DNA from: Faecalibaculum rodentium
GTDB lineage: Bacteria; Bacillota_I; Bacilli_A; Erysipelotrichales; Erysipelotrichaceae
Assembly: GCF_001564455.1 (NCBI RefSeq)
Contig: NZ_CP011391.1
Coordinates: 1 to 32,000 of the forward strand
Length of the DNA stretch: 32,000 bases
Reading direction: 5' to 3'
Shown: positions 10,846 to 17,595 of the stretch, one piece after another
How positions within the stretch are numbered: the stretch's first letter is position 1
How the letters are laid out: each line of letters opens with the position of its first letter
Notes under the pieces: generated by a model
Told to the model about the DNA's origin: nothing
Database searches by the model: none
Seen by the model: only the letters and a program-made list of their open reading frames with translations
Made by a program: the position numbers and the translations under genes

Positions 10846-10980
10846 GTGGAAATGATATATTGAATCTGCTGCTGCAATAGCATCTTATGAACCGGGTCAG
10901 ATAGGGAACTAAGCAGCCCTAAGTAATGCTCTGTTATGTGCGGCAGTTTTTTTATACCTTTTACAGCGGGAGGCATTCAG

Positions 10981-11478
10981 ATGGAACACAATGATGAATG
11001 GTATATGCACAAAGCAATGACGGCAGCCCGTTGGGCGGCACAGCTGGATGAAGTTCCAGTTGGCTGTGTAATCGTAAAACATGATAAAATCATCGCCTGG
11101 GGCTGGAATTCGCGTGAAGAGACTCAGGACCCCACAGGTCATGCTGAGATCATGGCTATCCGTAAAGCGGCAGAATATCTTGGAAGCTGGAGACTGGATG
11201 ACTGCACAATGTATGTCACACTGGAGCCGTGCTGCATGTGTGCAGGTGCTCTTGTACAGTCGAGAGTATCAAGAGTTGTGTTCGGAGCCAGTGATCCTAA
11301 AGGCGGATGTGTCGGATCCTGTCTGAATGTATTTTCAATACCGGAATTCAACCACCATCCGGCAGTAGACTCCGGATGTCTTCAAACGGAGTGCGGTAGA
11401 CTGCTGCGCGATTTTTTCAGACAGAAACGACAGAGAACAAAGCAGAAAAAGAAAATACAGGCAGGCTTCGGGTGCTGA
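10981..11478 (+). CDS. tadA: tRNA-specific adenosine deaminase TadA
   Basis: The ORF track starts at 10936, but ATG 10981 has GGGAGG 7 nt upstream. Zinc-binding deaminase motifs HAEIMAI and LEPCCMCAGAL are present. A Lys/Arg-rich C-terminal tail follows. Confidence 0.92.
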   Translation: MEHNDEWYMHKAMTAARWAAQLDEVPVGCVIVKHDKIIAWGWNSREETQDPTGHAEIMAIRKAAEYLGSWRLDDCTMYVTLEPCCMCAGALVQSRVSRVVFGASDPKGGCVGSCLNVFSIPEFNHHPAVDSGCLQTECGRLLRDFFRQKRQRTKQKKKIQAGFGC

Positions 11479-11497
11479 AAATGGAAGCCTGCTTTTA
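11461..11497 (+). terminator. Hairpin and T-run overlapping the tadA stop
   Basis: 9-bp stem GCAGGCTTC/GAAGCCTGC (11461-11469 / 11484-11492) with a 14-nt loop containing the tadA TGA, followed by TTTTACG. Confidence 0.55.
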
Positions 11498-11529
11498 CGT
11501 TATAATATGTAACGAAAAGGAGGATGCTT

Positions 11530-13260
11530 ATGGCCTACCAGGCATTATACAGAAAATATCGACCAGCGGTCTTCGAGGATATGGCAGGTCAGAAGCAGAT
11601 TGTCCGTACGATTCAGAACGCGATTCAGAACGACAGAATCTCACATGCATATCTGTTTTGCGGTCCCAGGGGAACTGGAAAAACATCCGCTGCCAAAATA
11701 TTTGCCAGAGCGCTCAACTGTACTTCCGATGGATTGAAGCCCTGCGGGCATTGTGAAAACTGTATGGCTGTCGATCATCCGGACATTGTGGAAATTGATG
11801 CTGCTTCCAACAATGGTGTGGAAGAAGCCAGAAATCTTGTTGAACGAGTAAAGTATGCCCCAATGATGGGTAAATACAAAATTTATATAATCGATGAAGT
11901 CCATATGATGACGGCAGGAGCGTTCAATGCTCTTCTAAAAACAATTGAAGAACCTCCGGCTCATGTCGTATTCATTCTCGCAACAACAGAACCTCATAAG
12001 GTATTGCCAACCATTCTGTCCAGATGTCAGAGATTCGACTTTAAAAAGGTCCCTCAGAATGAAATCCGTCAGAGGCTGCTGCAGATTGCAGAGAAGGAAG
12101 GAACAGTACTGGATCAGCAAGCTGCTGAACAGATTTCCCTGCTTTCTGATGGAGGGATGAGAGATGCATTATCTATTCTGGATCAGTGTATTGCATACGA
12201 GCCTGAGCATTTAACAGCTGAAGATATACGAGCTGTGTATGGCGTTGTTTCAGATGCTGACATCAGCGATATTTTCGGCTTATTGCAGCGCGGCCAGGCT
12301 GATCAGCTTATAAATGCCATCAAGACCCTGTATGACAACGGAATGGATCTCGAACGGTTCACTGCTGACCTGATCACACTGGTAAAGGATAGCCTGATTT
12401 ATTCCTGCTCTTCTGAAACTACACTTTTGTCAGAGGAAAGAAAACATTTGCTGCAGGCGTCATTCTCAAAAGCATCCATAGAATTCAGAACCCGTTTCCT
12501 GAAAGAACTCATGGATGTATATCCAAAATATTCCCATGCATCCAGCGTCCTGGATTATCTGGAGGCTGTCCTTCTGAAGTACGTACAACATGAAACAATC
12601 AATTCTGAATATGATTCATCAGTTCCCGTTCAGATACCTGTCAGAAATTTATCGGAAAATATCGGTGAATCAGATTCCAAAACGGCTGGAAGTGTAAATA
12701 AACCTGTCACTGAGAAGCAGAATGTGAAATCAGAATCTGATGTTTCACGTGAAACATCTCTGAAGAAGAAAGCGACACCTGATCCACTCGAAACACCAGA
12801 GTATACGAATGACCAGATTGTCGGTCTTCTTCATACAGCTGATAAATCTTTACGCGAAAAGGATATGTCAGCATGGAAAACCCGTATGACATTCAGTGGC
12901 TCTCTGCAGTCAGGAAAATATGCGAGAGCAGTTGCCAATGCGAAGCTTGCAGCTTCTGGCAGTAACTATATAATCGTATATACTTCAAAACAGATGGAGT
13001 CAGACGCGATCAATGATCTCCAGAAAGCTGAAGGCTTTGAAGATTTCATGGAACTGCTCACAGGGACAAGGAAAGCCGTGATTGCAGTGTCAGCATCCAG
13101 ATATAAAGAAGTACTGGATACATTCAGGGCATGTATGAAATCAGGAACATTCCCTGCAGCCCCGGCCATTCAAACATGTGAAGTAGATGTTGGTCATATG
13201 AAATCTACAGAGGAGGAACTTCGGGTGATGTTTCCAAATCTGAAAATCATAAATGACTGA
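11530..13260 (+). CDS. dnaX: DNA polymerase III subunits gamma/tau
   Basis: The second ATG (11530) is 6 nt after AAGGAGG; the track start 11524 abuts the SD. Walker A GPRGTGKTS, zinc module CGHCENC, DEVHMM, SRC motif (ILSRCQRF). Confidence 0.95.
   Translation: MAYQALYRKYRPAVFEDMAGQKQIVRTIQNAIQNDRISHAYLFCGPRGTGKTSAAKIFARALNCTSDGLKPCGHCENCMAVDHPDIVEIDAASNNGVEEARNLVERVKYAPMMGKYKIYIIDEVHMMTAGAFNALLKTIEEPPAHVVFILATTEPHKVLPTILSRCQRFDFKKVPQNEIRQRLLQIAEKEGTVLDQQAAEQISLLSDGGMRDALSILDQCIAYEPEHLTAEDIRAVYGVVSDADISDIFGLLQRGQADQLINAIKTLYDNGMDLERFTADLITLVKDSLIYSCSSETTLLSEERKHLLQASFSKASIEFRTRFLKELMDVYPKYSHASSVLDYLEAVLLKYVQHETINSEYDSSVPVQIPVRNLSENIGESDSKTAGSVNKPVTEKQNVKSESDVSRETSLKKKATPDPLETPEYTNDQIVGLLHTADKSLREKDMSAWKTRMTFSGSLQSGKYARAVANAKLAASGSNYIIVYTSKQMESDAINDLQKAEGFEDFMELLTGTRKAVIAVSASRYKEVLDTFRACMKSGTFPAAPAIQTCEVDVGHMKSTEEELRVMFPNLKIIND
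12741..12756. promoter_or_regulatory. parS: parS (ParB/Spo0J binding site), perfect consensus
   Basis: TGTTTCACGTGAAACA at 12741-12756 matches the Bacillus-type parS consensus TGTTNCACGTGAAACA at every position. With flanks it forms a 20-bp perfect palindrome GATGTTTCACGTGAAACATC. It lies in-frame in the dnaX linker region (codons DVSRETS). Confidence 0.85.
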
Positions 13261-13271
13261 AAGGAGTAACT

Positions 13272-13865
13272 ATGTATCCTGCCAAATTCGAAAATCTGAT
13301 TGCCGCATTCAGAAGGCTTCCAGGTGTTGGGATGAAAACAGCAGAGCGGTACGCTTTTGAAGCTCTGAATTGGGATGAGGAAACAAGAAAAGAAGTAGAG
13401 AGGAGTCTGCAACAAATATCTGAAATTCATACATGTCGTATTTGTGGAAATCTCTGTGATGAAGATGAATGTGAGTACTGCAAAGATCCAAACCGAACGG
13501 ACCATTTGATCTGCATTGTGCAGTCACCAAAAGATCTTCAGGCCCTTGAGTCAGCCGGGGTCTTCAATGGAAAATATCATGTATTAAATGGAACCATAAA
13601 TATGGCTAAGGGAGTCCTGCCGTCAGATTTAAACATAGATACACTGATTCAACGTATCAATGAAAATATAGATGAGGTGATTCTGGCCACTGAACCCACC
13701 GTTGATGGAGAAACAACGGCATTGTATTTGACAAAACTGCTGCAGGGAAAAGTGAAAGTCACACGATTAGCGAACGGTATTCCTATGGGAGGCCATTTGG
13801 ATTATTCCGATGCAAGAACTCTTCAAAGAGCATTTCAAGGTAGAACCAATGCTCAAAGTGAATAG
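13272..13865 (+). CDS. recR: Recombination protein RecR
   Basis: 197 aa. N-terminal HhH (FRRLPGVGMKTAERYAF), C4 zinc finger (CRICGNLCDEDECEYC), Toprim region. Directly follows dnaX. Confidence 0.95.
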   Translation: MYPAKFENLIAAFRRLPGVGMKTAERYAFEALNWDEETRKEVERSLQQISEIHTCRICGNLCDEDECEYCKDPNRTDHLICIVQSPKDLQALESAGVFNGKYHVLNGTINMAKGVLPSDLNIDTLIQRINENIDEVILATEPTVDGETTALYLTKLLQGKVKVTRLANGIPMGGHLDYSDARTLQRAFQGRTNAQSE

Positions 13866-13875
13866 AAGCAAAAAG

Positions 13876-13904
13876 AGGAGAGCTCATCTGGAACTCTCCT
13901 TTTT
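13876..13904 (+). terminator. Intrinsic terminator after recR
   Basis: AGGAGAGCTC/GAACTCTCCT stem (10 bp, one mismatch), loop ATCTG, followed by TTTT (13901-13904). Confidence 0.75.
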
Positions 13905-14999
13905 CATATGGGCGGATATTATAAAATGGCATACTTTCTGATGAATCATAAGAATAATATATGAGCTTGAGAAAAGACGTCTTTTGATAGTTCTACAGTT
14001 TTACAGCCTTACGGCACCATTAATGGGAGAAAACCTAAGCTACAGAGATGGATTTCAGACTGTTGTTTTATCCTATTATTGTCATAAGAGTAATCACATT
14101 ACATAATCCAAAGAGATATATAAATCATATGAAATGATGGTACCATGAAAAAAGAACGTTATTTTCATATGAATAATTCCTTTAAAGAGTGACCAGACGG
14201 CATAAGAGGCAATCAAGTATAAGCAAATTCGTAAGAATTGTCAGACAGGTATTCTTTCATCTGAAAACAATATGAGTGGAATATGAAACACTCATTATTG
14301 CCTCAGTAAAATCAAATCAGAATAAGACAACGAAACTCACTGAAATATAGGTGTTGTCTTAGATATGAATAGAATATGAAAAGATGCAGCAATAAGACAT
14401 TACACTGTATGATTTATCCTGCAGTATTTGCCAAAATCTTACCAATCATATGAATAAAGTAGGACAGTAAGAAAACTTGACCTGACAGCATTCTGATTCA
14501 ATAGATACCCCTAGATTGAAAAGTTAGATGAATACACTTACAGCAACATTAGTCGGTTTTTTACGAATTAAAATATATGACAAGAATATGAAAATGATGA
14601 ATTCCTAAAATCTAATATGAACAGTGAATATGAATCATATGACATGATGGGAATATTCAGATTCAGATTGCTGTAGATTAGCCCGATCACCATGAATGCT
14701 TCTTTAATATGACTATCGAAGCTGGAAATGGATCCCCAACATACAATTCGTTTATATATGTATGATTTTCTCGATAGTAATCATATGACTTCTGTGGTAT
14801 AGCAGTATTAGTATCTATAGAACTGGACATGAAAGTCATATCTATGAGTCTCCGGTAACAGACAAAAACAAGGGAAAATTCTGAAAATTCTTTGTTCATA
14901 TGATTGCGGATTCCATATGTAGAGATATTCATATAATGTATCTGAATTGCAGAGAATATCGGGCTAAGGCATAATACTCAACTGTCAAGTATCATATGA
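13904..14999 (+). repeat. Dispersed iteron-like array of ATATGA / TCATATGA motifs in ORF-free AT-rich DNA
   Basis: There are 17 plus-strand ATATGA copies. Seven are the palindrome TCATATGA (14125, 14165, 14446, 14635, 14781, 14896, 14992). Three doublets share exact 11-bp phasing (14270/14281, 14363/14374, 14575/14586). A longer variant ATCATATGA[A/C]ATGATGG occurs at 14124 and 14634. Confidence 0.8.
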
Positions 15000-15024
15000 A
15001 ATCATAGAATGTCCGGAAGAGCTA

Positions 15025-15033
15025 TGATATAAT
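15025..15033 (+). promoter_or_regulatory. Extended -10 promoter (TGaTATAAT) for the HTH/coiled-coil gene
   Basis: TGATATAAT at 15025-15033, ~55 nt upstream of the ORF. The last TCATATGA copy (14992-14999) lies just upstream of the expected -35 position. Confidence 0.55.
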
Positions 15034-15088
15034 GCCACCGCAATCCTAAGAAATACGTAAGATGCTGTGATGAAAGGAAGTGATTGGT

Positions 15089-15637
15089 TTGACGGATTCA
15101 GATAAAACGATAGATGTTTTTTATGATATGGACATTGCCCAGATCTGCCAGCACTTCAACAAATCACGGAATACAGTGGATAAAGCAATCGCGAAACTGG
15201 TAAAGGACAATCCTGACAAGGACTGGAAATATAAAAATCCTGAAACCAGACGGATCACCATAAAAGCAGAAGGAGTTGAACGCCTGAGTACATATTTTCG
15301 GAAAGAGAAACATGAAGTCTCTGCAGTGGAAATGGAACTCAGATATGAAAATGAAAAACTCAAAGCTATCATAGATGAAAAAGAGAAAGCATTTTCCCAG
15401 ATAGAAACGCTGTACAATCAAAGACTTCTTCTGGAGCTTGAAAACTCCAAGAAAACATATCTGCTTGAAACTCAGACAAAAGATGAAAAAATATCTGAAC
15501 TGGAGTCTGAGAATCAAAAATTGAAAACACAGTTATCGGATACAGAATCCATTTCTTCGAAATATGAAGAACTAAAAAAAAAGGAAGAAGAGTACAACTC
15601 AAAATCCTTTATTTATCGATTGCTCCACAAGTTTTAG
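15089..15637 (+). CDS. Small HTH plus coiled-coil DNA-binding protein (function unknown; RacA-like or plasmid replication-associated-like architecture)
   Basis: The ORF track gives 15080..15637 with a GTG start. TTG 15089 is better spaced from AAAGGAAG (15073-15080), and ATG 15128 is also possible. N-terminal HTH-like segment DIAQICQHFNKSRNTVDKAIAKL, ~90 aa of E/K/L/Q heptad-rich sequence, short hydrophobic C-terminus SFIYRLLHKF. Confidence 0.7.
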   Translation: MTDSDKTIDVFYDMDIAQICQHFNKSRNTVDKAIAKLVKDNPDKDWKYKNPETRRITIKAEGVERLSTYFRKEKHEVSAVEMELRYENEKLKAIIDEKEKAFSQIETLYNQRLLLELENSKKTYLLETQTKDEKISELESENQKLKTQLSDTESISSKYEELKKKEEEYNSKSFIYRLLHKF

Positions 15638-16203
15638 ACATCAGCATATGAAACTGCCCTTGCCAGCTTGGACGGGGCATTTTTTGTATATTCCAATCCG
15701 ATCTTAGAGAGTATTCTGTTGAATTTCTCAATCCCGTCATGGCTTTCTGTATATTCATATTCAATTTCATAATCCAAATAGTTTCTGTGAATTCCAAATG
15801 CCGTTTCGTCCAGACATAACTCTGCTGACGGGAGATGTAATACGTACCGTTTGGTTTGTGATACAGCAAAGGGCTTCACGGTAAGCGGTATACCATATTG
15901 TTTCAGCCAGCCGAGAATTTCAGGGTCCTGAATATTACGGATGGAATCAACTGGTATCTTCTTTTCCAGTTCAGTCTGTGTAATGGAGTCCCTTCGGATT
16001 TTCAACGTAAATATATGCTGCTCACCAATCGTACGAATGCGCAATGCCCCCAGTTTTCTTACAGATCCCTGATCATCATCAAAATATACATTGGTCTGCA
16101 GAACTGGTTTTCCAAAGTCATATGAATGGAGTATCTGGCAGAACTGCTCTTTGTTTACGAGAATTTTCAGTTCCCGTTCGATTTGATCATACATATTCAT
16201 CAC
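15634..16203 (-). CDS. CYTH-domain protein (triphosphate tunnel metalloenzyme, YjbK-like)
   Basis: N-terminal ExExK signature (IERELKIL) and CYTH-like beta-strand pattern (LRIRTIGEQHIFTLKIR...LDYEIEYEY). The start may be the fourth codon (ATG 16194, 9 nt from AGGTG). Association of CYTH with NAD kinase is also seen in B. subtilis yjbK...ppnKA. Confidence 0.85.
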   Translation of the reverse strand: MMNMYDQIERELKILVNKEQFCQILHSYDFGKPVLQTNVYFDDDQGSVRKLGALRIRTIGEQHIFTLKIRRDSITQTELEKKIPVDSIRNIQDPEILGWLKQYGIPLTVKPFAVSQTKRYVLHLPSAELCLDETAFGIHRNYLDYEIEYEYTESHDGIEKFNRILSKIGLEYTKNAPSKLARAVSYADV

Positions 16204-16257
16204 CTGTCGTTTCTGTTAAAATAGTACTGTTATCCGAAACAGAAAGGAAGGGATACT

Positions 16258-17028
16258 ATGCGCTTTGCTTTGGTAGACCGCGGGGATATCCATTCACAGA
16301 GACTCGCCTGTGAATTGAGAAAGAAACTCGAAGCTATAACCTGGCAGGAAGATGCAGAATATCCTGAGAGAATTTTCTGCATTGGTGGTGATGGGACAAT
16401 GCTCCGTGCAATTCACGAATATATTGACCAGCTTGATACAGTGGCGTTCATTGGAATACATACAGGAACCCTGGGATTCTTCACAGACTTTACAGCAGAT
16501 GAAATGGATGAGATGCTCCAGCTTCTGGCCGGAGATGCAGAATTCGAAGAATGCCGGCTGGTCGAGGCTGTGTTTCCGGAGAAGGATCTGGTCCTCAGAG
16601 CCTTGAATGAAATACGCCTTGAATCCATCACGAAGACGCTTACTCTCGACGTCAGCATAGATGGTGAGTTCTTCGAACGCTCCAATGGATCTGGAATCTG
16701 CGTCAGCACACAGCCTGGAAGCACAGGAATCAACCGGTCATTGAATGGAGCCATTGTAGATGATGGCCTGAGCATCCTTCAGCTTACAGAAATCATGCCA
16801 ATTGCTCATCACAATCACCATACATTACGGAATCCCTATGTCATGAAAGGAAGCCGAACAATAGAACTGAAGACAAAGCCGATGCATGATGTAGTATGTT
16901 CATATGATAATCTGAAATATAAACCTGACGGAGAAACAGGTGTCATCATCCGGCTTTCAAAACAGAAAGTAAGGTTTGTCAGGTACAGGCCCTATTCGTA
17001 TATTCGGCGCCTGAAAAATCTGTACTGA
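16258..17028 (+). CDS. nadK: NAD kinase
   Basis: 256 aa with the GGDGTMLRA motif and an NE/TGxN region (PGSTGINRSLNGA). SD AAGGAAGGG upstream. Confidence 0.93.
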   Translation: MRFALVDRGDIHSQRLACELRKKLEAITWQEDAEYPERIFCIGGDGTMLRAIHEYIDQLDTVAFIGIHTGTLGFFTDFTADEMDEMLQLLAGDAEFEECRLVEAVFPEKDLVLRALNEIRLESITKTLTLDVSIDGEFFERSNGSGICVSTQPGSTGINRSLNGAIVDDGLSILQLTEIMPIAHHNHHTLRNPYVMKGSRTIELKTKPMHDVVCSYDNLKYKPDGETGVIIRLSKQKVRFVRYRPYSYIRRLKNLY

Positions 17029-17088
17029 AACAAAAAAGCTGAAGAACCTGAACCAATGTCCTTCACTTAAGGGTGAATAACCACAGAA

Positions 17089-17122
17089 CCTCCGATTAAT
17101 TCGATAATCGGAGGCTCTTTTG
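17089..17122 (+). terminator. Intrinsic terminator after nadK
   Basis: Perfect 10-bp stem CCTCCGATTA/TAATCGGAGG (17089-17098 / 17105-17114), 6-nt loop, followed by CTCTTTTG. Confidence 0.8.
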
Positions 17123-17217
17123 TCTTTATACTTCTTCTTAAAATCAAGAAACGGCTTGACAAACAAAATCCGGCCTTAATCGATAATCCGCAGGAAATTG
17201 AAGGGAGGTATTTACCT

Positions 17218-17463
17218 ATGAATTCAATTTGCCCAGTCGGCCCAGCTTTAAAGGATTACTTCGCTCTGTCTCTCGTATGCGAAAATACCGCTCCATACTG
17301 TCTGGATCCAGTCGCAAATTTGACCCGAAAACGGAAACTGACAGCGGACAAACTCATTACTTTTCTTACTGCCATGCAGAAAAAAGTGATGAACAGTGAA
17401 ATCTGTGAATTCTTCCCGGAAGATGTTCGTGCTGTTCATCATGAAAAAACCTCTCAAAGCTAA
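17218..17463 (+). pseudogene. Truncated transposase N-terminal fragment (IS4/DDE-type, recalled from memory)
   Basis: 81-aa ORF. The segment NLTRKRKLTADKLITFLTAMQKK resembles the conserved N-terminus (FTRNRKL..LI.F.L) of ~400-aa clostridial DDE transposases. No DDE domain follows. Has its own SD (GGGAGG at 17202-17207). Confidence 0.5.
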
Positions 17464-17472
17464 TCAGTCACG

Positions 17473-17509
17473 AAAAAACCGGAATAAACCACAGTGCGGT
17501 TCATTCCGG
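17473..17509 (-). terminator. Intrinsic terminator for the minus-strand SEDS gene
   Basis: 12-bp stem (one mismatch) CCGGAATAAACC/GGTTCATTCCGG (17479-17490 / 17498-17509). On the minus strand it is followed by T6 (complement of A-run 17473-17478). Confidence 0.7.
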
Positions 17510-17595
17510 ATAAAAAGTCTGCACCCTGACTAAAGCAGTCATTCAAGCCACAGGGAGATAGCCTTGGTTAAGCGAATGACATTGGAACCTGAACT

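Noticed and set aside
14687-14932. 81-aa minus-strand ORF inside the AT-rich repeat spacer
   Set aside because: It has no Shine-Dalgarno sequence upstream of its ATG and a low-complexity AT-driven composition. It contains several of the ATATGA/TCATAT motifs, so its openness is probably incidental.
13904-14999. A CRISPR array, a tandem satellite, or a type III toxin-antitoxin (ToxI-like) repeat RNA
   Set aside because: The repeats are only 6-17 bp with irregular spacing (9-129 bp). There are no uniform 25-40 bp repeat/spacer units and no perfect tandem ~36-nt units. No cas gene or toxN-like gene lies adjacent.
13866-15080. An rRNA operon, tRNA genes or SRP RNA after recR (B. subtilis has rrnA in this neighbourhood)
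   Set aside because: I saw no 16S/23S/5S-like sequence, no tRNA T-arm (GGTTCGAATCC-like) and no SRP domain-IV motif. GTCCGGAAGAGC at ~15011 is only a partial chance resemblance.
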